Source: Lama glama (lineage: Eukaryota). Taken from it: DNA of 64,000 nucleotides. Each line of letters starts with the position of its first letter. The first letter of the stretch is position 1. Under the pieces are notes generated by a model. It did no database searches. It saw only the letters and a list, made by a program, of their open reading frames with translations, and was not told the origin of the DNA. Shown here one piece after another: positions 11,966-24,399 of the stretch. The position numbers and the translations under genes were made by a program. Location: contig CM052816.1 in NCBI GenBank assembly GCA_028534125.1, positions 37,574,001 to 37,638,000 on the forward strand, in the 5' to 3' direction.

Positions 11966-14199
11966 GATTCTTAAATATCCATTTATATTAGAAGAGATTC
12001 AGAAGTTTGAGTGTCCAACTAAAATTTCTTTGGAACAGTCCCAAATGTCAATTGGCCAAGGTAGGGGAATAGCTTTGTTTCCATGAGTTTGTTGCCTAGA
12101 TAGTAATTTGTGATGATCATGGCCGAAGACTGGGGTCATCAGGATAATTTGTGTATTTTAGTCTATGAAGAATAGAGAGATATGTTTAATTTTTTACCTT
12201 GAAATTGTAAGTTCTCACATAGTACTTTTGATTTTTAAGTATTTGGGTGGGTAATGTAATTAAAAAGATCAATTTTTTCTTCATGGTTCAAAGGATTTAA
12301 TTGCATGCTCTCTAATCATGTCAGCATTATGCACCCAGCTTCACCCTGTTTTAATATTTTGTTACAGACCGTCCAGAAATAAAATTCAGACATAATCTAA
12401 ACACAGACACTTCCCTCACTGGGTGGACTGATCATTTGCTACTAATACAAATCTGATTGAGAAAAGCTTGATTCGGCCATTATGAGGGAAAATCACAGTG
12501 CAGTATCTTTCATTATCTTTTTCCAGATCGTTCTCTTTACTTCTCATATTTTGATGGTACTCTATGTTTCGAGGTTTTATGGATCGTTAGTTATGACACA
12601 AGGCAGTTCTGTTCTATCAGTGATTTTTTTCGGGGTCTTTAAGCCATGAAACAATCCCTTGGCATATGTGAATCAGCAAATATCAGATGAATTAAATGGG
12701 AAATAGTTCATGCAGAAATTCAGAAGAGTGATGTCAGTGTAGACTAACCCACCAGGGATGGAATTGGACCTATTAGGATGGTTAAGCAGAGAAAAATAGA
12801 AGATGCAAAAAGCTAAGGATAGCTTTCAAGGGAAAAGTTTATAATTTGAGCAGAGGCTGAAAATTTCAAAGGTGCTGTCAACCAGGATTCTGAATTTCAC
12901 AAAATCTGGGGACCATCTTGATCATCTCCCAAATCTGGGATTTTTGATGAATTACATGAATTTCCTCTTTTATAATTTTGTATCAGGCAGAGACAATATG
13001 AGAAGCCAGGTCTCTAGGCAATGGGAAACAATACTTAAACTATCTTTAAGTAGCATTTAAGTTAGTTTTAAAATCATGTTTTGAAAATTTTTTTTTTAAT
13101 CTGCTACCAGCAATTTAGAAACACTGTGACTTATCATGAATATTTATCCAGTGTAATGAAGAGACATGTATTTTCAGGAAAGGCAGAGAATTCTTAATAG
13201 TTTCTATCAGAAATGTTGCAGCTCCATCTATAACTATAAATTACAGTGAAAAATTATATATTTTAAAAGATGCATTATTTATGTTCACATACACCACACT
13301 ACCCACTTATACCACATATATTCATTGTGACAGAATCATTGTAATCTCTTTTAAATCCCCACCAATTCTTACAGTAATATAATAGTCCTTATCTCAGCAT
13401 TTAGGATTTGTTTTAACTTGAATGGCATTTGGTACTGTTATTTGTATTGTAGTGCAAAAATAAGAACATGTATCTTGAAGTAGAGCAGACGTGGATTCAG
13501 AGATCTGCTGATAGCTATTTTTCTAATATGTAGAGTAAAATTGTGCAGATACTTAGGTAAGAAACTGTGCATATAGTAACAGATAACTTTGTTGCTTCGG
13601 CATTGCTTTAACTATTATACCAAGAATTTCATAAACGGAGTGTCTTAATTATAGAAAAAAAATATATGTATAAATATAATCTTAAGACTTCTTCCATTAG
13701 TTTGTTTGAAGAGCTAATCTGCTTGAAGAAGCAATTAAAATGCTTTCATTTTAAGTGTATATTAAATAAATCAAATATGATGATGTTGTAAACATTCATT
13801 ATAGATTTATTTTGATATTTGTTCTGCATAAATTACAGATATATGCATAATTTTATCTTTAAACATCTAATAACATTTGATAATCAGGGCACACAACCAT
13901 GCACTACAAGTGATGATGTTTAGCTAATAAAATCACTGTTTCATTGCCTGATTTATAAATAAACCAAAGTGATCCATTAGCAAAACTATTCTTTAGCTTC
14001 TTTTGCCTCTGAATATCTTATCTTTATTAGCTTCATTACATTTAAGATTTATAATACTGATTTGTTGATTCATCCATCAGTATCACAATTTTTCCATCAG
14101 TATGACCATATTTTAAAATGTTTTGGATCACATGATAAACTAGTTTTATTTTATTTTTCTTAATTTTGGCCATCTTTGTTCAAACTGCCAAAGAGTGAT

Positions 14200-14650
14200 T
14201 CTTTAGGTGTTCCAACTCAAAGCCAGGGGTTACTTGGGCATTCAATCTTAGCATGTGATCTAATTTCAAAATGAAGGATATGTGTGGTGTATTTTATTGG
14301 CATGTTTCTGGCCAGAAAGTTACGTAGGGAAGTCTGCTGAGGTGGTGCAGTGTAAAGGCAATGTCTCACATTGAGAAAGACTTTAAACCTTACCTCTTCT
14401 CTATTGCTTCATGTACTAGAATAAGGATGTGGTATTTAGACCCAAAGTAGCCATGCTGCAGCCATCAGGGGGAATAAAGGGATTAAAAAGTATAGATGTA
14501 GTTACAGTGACATAATGTTATTGAGTTATTGAAATAACCCTGGACCTGCCTAACTTTCCTTATAGAAAACATGTAATCATTTCATTGCTTAAGCCAGTCC
14601 TAGGGAGATGATTCTGTTACTTGCATCTGGATGAATCCTAACTGATGTAT
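14200..14650 (+). mobile_element. Old MaLR LTR (MLT1J/K-like)
   Basis: 3' end TTGCTTAAGCCAGT...TTCTGTTACTTGCATCTGGATGAATCCTAACTGAT typical of MLT1. Confidence 0.5.
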
Positions 14651-14769
14651 ACTTATTTGTAATCTACCCATAGTTACCCATGTAAGTTTTTATTTTCTCC
14701 TTTAATAATTAGCTTTTTTGGAAGATTTTTATTAAATTCTAAATATGTAAGAAGTTATTGTTTGACATG

Positions 14770-16856
14770 AAAGCAGCAACAGGCAAATCACTGAGTTTTC
14801 AGAATACCGTATTTTTTGCCCCCATTAGGTAGCAGAAATTCTATCTCATGATGCCCAGAATCAATAACACTTGTGAAGACAGTAACTCTTTCTTTTACCT
14901 CCTGAGGAGCACAAAATGGGAGACGGCACAAGGGTGAAGTTCAATGGAACCCTCTACCATGGCTTCTGATAGAAGCGTTGTCCCTCTCTGGGAACCAGGA
15001 ACCCTAATGCATCAGAGACAAAGATTGTGGGGAGGGACGCTCACACTTCTCAGATGAATCCCAGGAAAGGATGAACAGGGAATCTTTTCCTTCCCCTCCT
15101 TAACTGAAGGCTCTGCATTGCACATTTCATTAGTTAAAGGAATATACCACATCTAGAAGGTTAGCACTCCCATCCCACGGTGATTCCAATAGAGTCATCC
15201 CCTGGGTCCTCCTCTCACAGAACAAGCTACTGTACTTTCTCCTTCCTGCCATCAAGTAAGAGTCACATGAGTTGGTAGGTCAGCTTGAGTTTTAGAGATG
15301 GTGTCCACCCCAAGGGGAAATACTACTTCACCTTATGCACTGGGTGACTTGGACGGCTGTCAGAGTTGAGTGACACGCAGAAGGAAACATGGTATTAAAA
15401 AAAAAAGGATATGCTCTGATATAAGTAGCATATAACTCAGGACATATGATTGGAATAAGTCTATGATTGGAGGACTCAGTGGTAGAAAATGCGATGTGTG
15501 GAGTTTTTGCCGAGTTCTTTACACTAGGGATATTAACATTATCTCTGATAGTTAAGTGCAGTCGACAGATTTCTGCTGCTCCAGAGCCCTGTCTTTGCCA
15601 CTGACTGTCAAGTCAGGCTCCACAGCAGACATCCCTGTCATCGGCTCTGGCCCCCAGAGGAACACCATTATTGAACTTCTCAGTGATACCAGTGCCCCCT
15701 TCACTAGTGCATTCTTCATTGTTTCAGTGAAGGGAGGGCCTGAGATGGGTTTTCTAGTCTTACATAATCAATCTGTTCTAGCACACTTATATCTCAGAAT
15801 ATGTTCCTCAGTACTTTATCAAGGCTGTGGTATAATCTCTGCTTTCTGAACTATAGGTTGTCATTGTACCCAGATATCCCTACCTGGAGTTAAAACACTG
15901 AAGAAAGAGAAGGGGCTCCATTGTCACTGAATTCTTGCTTATCCAGCCTTTATTCCATTCTTGTGGTCCTCTACATTCAAAGTCATTTTGCATGCATGTT
16001 GCTCTAGTACTGTCCAATACTTGCTAGCTAGTTATTTCAGTTCCTTTCATGATTAATCTCTTGCTTCGTGGATCAGAGACAATACTCCAGTTATACTATG
16101 TTGAAATTTGACCCTAACAATTTATCTAGAAGCAGTTAGGGGTGGTGATTTCAGACCTTGAACAGGACAAGTATTACCTTACAAGACATTGCATAAAGTC
16201 TTTGCATGGTCACAGTTCAGGGCAGGCCTCTTGACAACTTTTGTAAACTTAGAAATTCTAGGGAAACCTGGGGGGTTGAAGGTTCTCAGATATCTCAGTG
16301 CCAGTATCTCTGTCTCAGATCTCAGAGTCCTACTCCAGCCATATCATTGTTCTTATTTTAGTCTCAGAGACTTGCAAGTGCTCTGTATTTGGCCTTATTA
16401 ATAGCATTTCTTGTCTTACAATCAGGATGAATTAAATTGAGCATAAATTTGAGCACAGACTTGCCTTTTGATGCAGGAAATCAGAGTCTCTTTGCAATGT
16501 GATAAACACTCTTTCTTTAACTTTTACACCATGTTTGAGTTAGTAGCTGGCTGACCTGAGCTTGTTGTTTTCTGCATTCCTTGCATAACCAACACCACTT
16601 CCCTTGTAATTACCAGTATCCTCATATTTCTCCATTGCTAGAGATACAGCTTGAGTCACGGATCCCCTTCCACATGTATTATATCCCGATTAATCACATG
16701 TGTGAATTTCAGTAACTAATGAGTCAGCTCACCAAGGGGTATCACCCCCCATCTACAACCAGCGATGCAATCTTTGTTGCCATTTGGACAACAGAAATTC
16801 AATTTCCAAATCATATCTTGAAAAACTGCTTCAAAAAATCCATGGCTGTTAATAGC
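14770..16856 (-). mobile_element. ERVL internal remnant (gag plus dUTPase-region fragments; most of pol missing)
   Basis: Minus-strand translation near 15620-15735 gives PFTETMKNALVKGALVSLRSSIMVFLWGPE (ERVL Gag-like); near 14930-15020 gives LGFLVPREG and VPLNFTL (ERVL dUTPase-like); abuts the LTR33-like element. Confidence 0.75.
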
Positions 16857-17323
16857 TGTCCAGGTTTGGGTTTTGCTAGCGCGACAGACATTTGGGTAAC
16901 TAGGATTTAAGGCAAGTAGTTCTATTGGGAGATCAGTCTAAAAAAAGTGTTCTGGGAATGAGGAAGGAAGATAGGAAAGGAAAGGTGGGTAACAAAGGGT
17001 ATCTTATTATCCAAATGTCATCATGGGCACATGAACCTAACCCACTGAAGAACTCAGACCTAGTAAACAATGTGAGCTTCAGGATGAACTCCGTGGAGGG
17101 GCGAAATGGCTAGGATATCTCCTATCAAGCATGGATCAAAGCCTGTTCTTCAAAGCTTATATTTTTTCTGGCACATCCAACTTACCATGTGCACAGGCAG
17201 AGAAGGCTCCAGAGCTAAAGAAGCTTTCAGGAAAAGAGAGATGCTGATAGTGAAAGTGTGGGTGTAATGCACTGAAATAATAAGGCACGAGGGATGGGGA
17301 GGGCATCATAAATGTCTGTTACA
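16857..17323 (-). mobile_element. LTR33-like ERVL LTR (5' LTR of the remnant provirus)
   Basis: Minus strand begins TGTAACAGACATTTATGATGCCCTCCCCATCCCTCGTGCCTTATTATTTCAGTGCA and ends AAACCCAAACCTGGACA. Confidence 0.75.
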
Positions 17324-18084
17324 GTTGTATTCTGTCTGAATCTTTTTAGGTCTTCCTCTGTTTTTCATTTTTTCATTTTATTTGTTTTCTCTTTCTATAC
17401 TCTGTATTACCTATTGAGATTTTATAAGGTCTATTCTCTTATGCTCTTGTAGTTTAATTTCTATTTCTGAAATAGTTTTTCCCTTCAATCTCTTTCCTAA
17501 ATTCTTACATTTCATGGTTCACATCCTCTTGTTATCTACCCGCCACCTCTTGTGTTTGCCTATCTGATTTCCTGTATTTGCTTTCAGTTGTTTCATCATA
17601 ACTGTAATTGCTTCATTAATTTTTCAAATTCATGTGGGATTCTTGTGGCATAGAATTCCTGTATTTTTAGGATAAATATTATTTGGATTTGTTTCTTTTA
17701 CTGGGAGGATTTGCCACTTATTTTAAAGTTCTTTTTTAATTCAATTTTTATATGCATGCTGCAGTTTCATTTTAGACTATTAATACTTGAACAAGTTGTA
17801 TTTTTTGTACCAGTCAGTAGCAGAAAGATCACATAATACTTTCTGCCACCCAGTTTCACTTAATATTTAAATTGGGTTGTTTGTTTTTGATTTTTCTATT
17901 CAACTTGTTTTTGATATGGCTTATAGGGACTGAAGCAGTTGGATTCATATTATAGTCAACCTAAGAAGTGTTTTAATGAATTTATTTAATGAATTTATTT
18001 TTCATTTTTCAGAAGTTGTATTTAATGCTTTTAACATTTTTTTCAGACACACTTTGCCTAGCCTCTTGGTTAAAAAAAAAAAAA

Positions 18085-18630
18085 TCTGAGATAATTGTAG
18101 ATTCATCCTTAGTTTTAAGAAATAATACAGAGAAACTTATATACATGTCACCCCGTTCCCAACAGTGGTAACATCTTCCATTGCTACAGTACAACATCAC
18201 AAACTATGGCTGTCACAAAAGGACATTAATAAAATCCATCAATCTTTTTCAGATTTAAGTAGCTTTACATACTGTGCATGTGTATTTAGTTCAATGCAAG
18301 TCCATAACATGTAGATTTCTGTTACGGCTGCCACAGCTGAGACATAACACAGTTCCATCACCATGATCTCCTTGTGCTACTAAATTCTATAGCCACCTCC
18401 ATTCATCTCCTTTCCCTAACCCCCAGAACCAACTAATTGTTCTCTATCTCTGTAATTTGTCATTTCATGATTGTTACGTGAGTGGAATCATGCAGCATTT
18501 AACCTCTAGATTGGCTTTTATCACTAAGCATAATTGAGATCCATCAAATTGTAGTGGGTATTGATAGCAGTTCTATTTTATTGCTGAGTGGCGTTCATGA
18601 TACTGATGGTTCAATACAGTTTGTTAAACC
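18085..18630 (-). mobile_element. L1MC-type 3' end fragment
   Basis: AGAAATAATACAGAGA...GTGGTAACATCTT...TACAGTACAACATCACAA; later GTGGAATCATGCAG...TCACTAAGCATAAT. Confidence 0.6.
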
Positions 18631-18809
18631 ATTGATTTTATTCTTTATGTATTGGAATATCACAACCTACTTATTTTGCGTTAATTGTATATTATATTAT
18701 TTTGAAGTATCAGAGTATAAGTTCTACAATTTATTCCATCTTTTAAACTCTCTCTCAAAGTAGATTACCAACTCATGAAATTTTTAAGCTCTAGGCATGA
18801 GCTTTTTTT

Positions 18810-20860
18810 AAGCTAAAAATACTCCCTTCATAGGTAGTGTGAGTACCTTGTAACAAAATAACCCTAATTTCTCCTTCCCATCCCTTGTGTCATTGCTGTA
18901 ATTTATTTCTTTTCCAGAAGCATACATAAGTGTGTATATCTGCATATATGATATATACATAAGCATACATAGTTAAATACACTTTGCTATTATTATGAAC
19001 AAACTAGTCTGTTAGATCAGTTAAGAATAAAAAATAGTAAGTTTTTTATTTTACCTCCTCTTATTCCTTCTTCGTTACTCTTCCATTTTTATGTGTATCT
19101 GACTTTCTAACCTACATTATTGATCTTTTCTCTAAAGAACTTCTTACAACATTTTTTGCAAGATAGGTATAGTGGCAAAAATTCTCTCAACTTTTGTTTA
19201 TTCGAGAAAAACTTTATTTTTCTTTCACTTTTGAAGGATAATTTTGCAGGATGAAAAATGCTAGGTTTGTGTTTTTGTCTCTGTCCCTTTCTCTACACTT
19301 TAAATATTTCAGCCTGCTCTCTCTGGCCTGGACAGGTTTTGAGAAGTCAGATGTAATTACCTTTGTTCTTTTATAGGTAAGATGTTATTGTTTTCCCTCT
19401 GACTTCTTTCAGGATTTTCTTTGATTTTCTATAGTTTGATAATGATATGCCAGTGGGTAGATTTATTCTTAGCATTTATCCCACTCAGTGTCCTCTGAGC
19501 TTCCTGGACCTGTGGTTAGGTCTCTGACATTAATCTGGGTAAATTCTCAGTCACTGTTATTTCAAATACTTCCTCTGTTCCTTTTTCTCCTCTGTCGGTG
19601 TTCCCATTATGTGTGTGTTATGCCTTTTGCAATTGTCTCACCATCTTTGGATACTCTGTTGTATTTTTTTTTTTTTCCAGTCTTGTTCTCTTTGCTCTTC
19701 AGTGCTGGTTTCTATTGGCATATTCTAGCTCAGTCTGAACTGTGTTCAGTCTGCTAATAAGCTCGTCAAAGGCATTCTTAACGTCTGTTAGAGTGTTTTT
19801 GATCTCTAGCATTTCTTTCTGGTTCTTTTTTAGGATTTCCATTTCTCTACTTACTTTGCCCATCTGTTTTTGCATGCTGTCTACTTTATCTGTTAGAACT
19901 CTTAGCATATTGAGCATGGTTGTTTTAAATTCCCAGTCAGATAATTCCAACATTGCGGCCATGTCTGGTTCTTAAACTTTCCCGTCTCTTCAAATGATGT
20001 TTGTTGCCTTTTGGCTTGTAATTTTTTTTTCTTGGTAGCCCAATAAGACGTGAAACATAAAAGCATCTGATATAAATACAGTTTTAGTTAACATGGTGGC
20101 AGAGGGAAGGACAGCGTTCTGTGGTGCAGTGGTCAGGTTTATTAATGATGCTATGCTTCTGGACTGTGAACTTCACAAGTGCTTCTCAGTCTTCCTTCCT
20201 CTTTTGATGGGACAACATGGCCAGAGTGGCCTAGAACTGGGTACTTCCTGGGTACTTCCCTTTTCTCACGTGGAATGATAAGAGCTGGCCAGAATTGGGA
20301 ATTTCCCTTCCCCCAGATCACTTAGGCTTTTATAAAACCCAAGCAGGTCAGGCTCTGGTAAAATAATGTCTCCTGAGCATAGGCCTTGTCAACAAAAGGT
20401 GCTCTGGAGTATTTCAAATGATTCCTTTCCTTCTCCCCCTGCAGGAACCAGACCGATTTTTTTCCCCCTCTAATATCCTGTGAAAACCTAGTCTAGCTCC
20501 TGGAGGGAAAACTCAAAAAAGTATGAAAAATGAGGGCACCTCCCCGCCACCACCGTGACTGAATCGCAGTGGAGTTTTTAACTCTCAGACTTGTTCACAC
20601 TGAGCCCCCAGCAATTCACCCACTACGGTTCAGCCTTTCCTGCCCTAGCACTGATTCTGCGTATGAGGCTCTGTTCTGGTGAGTCTTGACCCCTGTAGTC
20701 ACCTGTGTCTACGATGTTGGGGGCAGCGGTTTGCTCTGTGTCCTCCCCTCCCTTATGAATCCAAGGAAAGTTGCTGACTTCTCAGCTCAATTTTTGACTT
20801 GTTGGGATGGAGTGGTGACTTCCAGGCTCCTTACATGAGAACCAGAAACCAGACCTAGTT
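18810..20860 (-). mobile_element. Old L1 5' region with ORF1 remnant
   Basis: ORF 19699-19962 (ELSDWEFKTTMLNMLRVLTDKVDSMQKQMGKVSREMEILKKNQKEMLEIKNT...NAFDELISRL) is the L1 ORF1p coiled-coil start; 5'UTR-like sequence to ~20860. Confidence 0.8.
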
Positions 20861-21659
20861 AATTTTTTTAAAGAGTGGGTTCCTGTCATATAACCGTGCG
20901 CTTTGGGCCTTGGAAGCATACTTAAATGGTCATTTTGGTAACTTCCTATTTGTCACACTCAGTCCTCTGGATGTCAACTATCTCAGTTATATTTGTTTCT
21001 TGTTTTTAATGTTTCTATGCTACTTTAATGAGCTAAATGTTGATTGAATTCATGTGGTTTGTGCAGCCTCAGGCTTAGACGTCATTTGGATTATTGTTTA
21101 GTCATAGCTTCATCAAAGCAGAGACTAAACTCTCTTTTTCTTAAACACTCAGGAAGATATTTTCTTGCCTAAAATTTCATAGAGGGAAAATTCTTGTGTC
21201 CCCACATTGGTTAAGCTAGGTAATGAATCTTCAGCGTTCACCCATGGACAGGGGGAGACTATGTTGAAGACTTAAATCCAAAAAGTCGACATGTATTCTC
21301 CTAAGCTTATTTTCTATCACAGAGACACATTTTGTATGTAAATAGACACCTACAGGTAGACAGTTTGTACTCTAAGTAAAACGTAAAGAACTGTACGAAG
21401 TTGGAGGAAGGGACATACAAAAAGAGAAAACACCATGTTAGCGTTGAACAGATCAGGGTGAGAGATGTGGATCACAGCCAAGGTGTCCTCTTTATTTCTC
21501 CTAATAGTCACCGTCCCTCCAAAGCCCACCCCCATGCAGTGTGAAGCAATCACTAGTTATCCTCATAACGCAGGTTGAGAAAACCAGTGCTTTACTACAC
21601 TGAACAATCTACCACTTACCACACGTGAGCATTTCTATTCAACGATGCTGCTACAGAAC

Positions 21660-21930
21660 ACACAGCGTGACTGGAAGAAAGACGGGGCGTGTTTTTGGAA
21701 ATTGAGGTTGAGACGAGATTATAAAGAGATCCGATCCTAAGGAGTCAGGGTTTAATTCTTCAGGCAATGGAGCCTCATTGATTTTTTTTTTTTTTTGAGC
21801 CAGAGATTAGTGTGATCTAATTGTACTTCAGGAAGCAGGCGTAGGGAGAACTGTAGGACTGATTGGAGAAAAATGACTGAAAGCTAAAGAGCCTGTTAGC
21901 AGTTGTTTCATATCCTTAAGTATAAAATTT
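21660..21930 (-). mobile_element. L2 LINE fragment
   Basis: TAAGGAGTCAGGGTTTAATTCTTCAGGCAATGGAGCCTCATTGA...TTGAGC...TGTGATCTAATT antisense L2 pattern. Confidence 0.5.
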
Positions 21931-22099
21931 ACAGTTCTAATGATGAGAAGCAGTTAAATATTAACAAAAGATACAAGTTAGATTTAAATACATTTCAAAT
22001 AGAGGATGCATAAATATATGATATAGCCAATGACACATGAGCATTTGGTTTCATGCAGTTTTCTGTGGTTAATTCTTCCTGTCTTTCTTCCCATCTCAG

Positions 22100-22177
22100 T
22101 CCATTGGCCTTGCTCTGATTGTTGCATCTGTGAAAGATCTTGCAGTCATAATTTCATTGAAATATTTTAAATTTGAG
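22100..22177 (+). CDS. Candidate 78-nt symmetric plus-strand exon (unverified)
   Basis: Strong pyrimidine tract TTCTTCCTGTCTTTCTTCCCATCTCAG|, weaker donor GAG|GTATTT, open phase 0-0 frame SIGLALIVASVKDLAVIISLKYFKFE; no homology recognised. Confidence 0.15.
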
Positions 22178-22812
22178 GTATTTATAATAATCTGTTATGA
22201 TAATTAGAGTGCTCTAAGAGTATTTCTTTTAAAGCTGAAATCCTATTTCCTTTAACTTATGAGAATGTTACAGTTTTGATAGAAAAATATTTTCTCTTTT
22301 CATCTCAAATTCTCCACCATCATTTCTGAAAACAACCATATAATGGAATGGTTGCTAACTCGAATGAGTTTAGGGACAATTTTTGACTCAGTAAATAGAA
22401 AATTGTAAGTGATCAGAGTATTCATGGATACGAAAAATCTTTCTTCCCTTCTAAGATTTTGTGAATGCTCACAAAATGATACAGAGAATCTATAGTTAGG
22501 TATCTCTACATTAAAGGAAAAAATTATTTTAGCCTGAGTAAATTCAGAAATTCAGTTACCGAATAGCTAAATACAGTGGACAAATTATTTGCACATAGCA
22601 CTTTAATTCAAAATCACCACATTCACATATTACTCAGAAATCTATCCATAGTAGTGTGTTTGTTTCACATTGCCAGAAGATGTCCTCAACCTTTCACCAT
22701 GTGGTATTTCTTTCATTTCTCTTTTCACACAACATTCGTGTTACTGTCCTTAGGTATATTCTTATTGAAGGCAGGAAAAGCATCAGTTTCATTCTTGTAC
22801 CAATTCTTTTGC

Positions 22813-22970
22813 TTAATATTGCATTTGATGATAGCTATTTTGGAGCCACTTCATTTGGAATAGAAGGAAGTGTTTGGATTGTCCCACTGAGTGACAACAG
22901 TCAAATTTAATTTGTTTTCTGTCTACATTTCTTGTTATCACAGCTCTCAATTTCAGAATTTTTTTAAAAT
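22813..22970 (-). CDS. Candidate terminal coding exon of the unidentified minus-strand transcript
   Basis: Acceptor CTGTTTTAATAG|; phase-1 frame (D)FKKILKLRAVITRNVDRKQIKFDCCHSVGQSKHFLLFQMKWLQNSYHQMQY-stop; ATTAAA ~205 nt downstream (22602-22607). Confidence 0.2.
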
Positions 22971-23070
22971 CTATTAAAACAGTATAGCCTTTTATCATGA
23001 ATCTGTGTCTTCAAAGATGGAAACATATTTGATATTAGTGTAAATTATTGGTGGCAAGACCAATTTGGGA

Positions 23071-23218
23071 TTTTTTTTTTTTAATTGAAGTATACTTGAT
23101 TTACAATGTTGTGTTCAGCTCTGGTGTACAGCATAGTGATTCAGTCATACATCTATATACATCTTTTTTATATTCTTTTCCATTATAGAATATTACAAGA
23201 TACTGAGTATAGTTCCTG
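23071..23218 (-). mobile_element. 5'-truncated young L1 3' end with poly(A) and TSD
   Basis: T12 then AATTGAAGTATACTTGATTTACAATGTTGTG; flanks AAGACCAATTTGGGA (23056-23070) and AAGACTAATTTGAAA (23223-23237). Confidence 0.85.
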
Positions 23219-24359
23219 GGGAAAGACTAATTTGAAATGCATATTGCCAAAAATATCCAGAGTAGAAAAATTATTCAGTTAACATTTGGGACTCCATGAT
23301 GGGCATAAGAGGCTGTGAAATCTTAAACATGAACATAATGAGACCTCTGGGAAAAATATCTAAATTGAGGGCACTATCATTCTTTTCTGATTGTTCTAAT
23401 GTACTGTATGAATTTGCCAAATGCTTCAGACTGCATCAAATATACTATATTTGTTCCTGGGGGGAGGGGGTAAATAAAGTGATGGGTGGAAAATGCATAA
23501 TGTTAATAAATTTACAAATTAGGAAATTAATCAAAGAGAGCACAGTTGGTGGGTAGAAGAATAGAAGGTAAAAAAGAGCAGTATCAGAGAAGATAAATGA
23601 TAAGGAAAGGGTGGATTTAGAGAATGTCTTTTTGACTCTTGATTCTTAGGCCTAGCTGTGCATGTATCTGTTGGGGAGGGGTGTGGGACATATAAATGTA
23701 TGCTGCACGTAGTGTATTCTATTGATGTGGTTCTATGTGGAAGCCTGAAATAGAGGGATATGTTTTGGCAGGGTAGGAGGTAGAAAGTGGAGGCAGAAGT
23801 TAATGTGGAAAATATTTCTCAGTATTTCTTTTATGTGTATTTGAAACATTTTGTTTAGGTTCTGGGGTATAGTAAGTGCTCACTAAGTATTTGTCAAGTC
23901 ATTGGATGAAGGTCTGAGACCTAAATTTTCTGTTGACTCTCTAGTAGTAATTCCTTGAAAGCTATAGTCAGACTACACGAAATATAGTAAAACTAGAGCA
24001 GTTTTATAATTATTTCAAAATGTAGCCTGGTTCACTGCTATAATATTGCTCATCAGGGTCATTTTCTTGATTCTTATTGCAGCTTGAACTTTATAATGGC
24101 CTCTATAGACTCTATAAATAGCAATATTTTTCCTTTTATATTTGTCAGTTATTGACTTTCTATCTGTAGCTTGTATTATATTCATTTAATGTATCATTCT
24201 TTTTTTTAACATATAGTGTTCCCATATATCACATTACTCATTCAGTCAGCATGGTATTAAACATGTAATATACATTACTAAACTATGCTAACAGTAGCCT
24301 TAGTACTTTTCTGCAGAATTGATGGTCTAATTATTCAGCTAAATATTATAACAACTTAC

Positions 24360-24399
24360 CCTTGTTTGTCCATAGAAATGGGTTATTTTCCAGGAATAT
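24360..24399 (-). CDS. Candidate 40-nt internal exon of the unidentified minus-strand transcript
   Basis: Acceptor GTAATTTTTTCATCAG| and consensus donor AGG|GTAAGT; phase 0-1 frame IFLENNPFLWTNK open. Confidence 0.3.

Noticed and set aside
13910..13951. C box (GTGATGA) and D box (CTGA) pair suggesting a snoRNA
   Set aside because: Only ~42 nt long and no clear terminal stem
21620..21650. 31-nt minus-strand exon-like segment with GTG|GTAAGT donor
   Set aside because: Acceptor abuts L2-derived sequence and there is no independent support; not excluded, but not called
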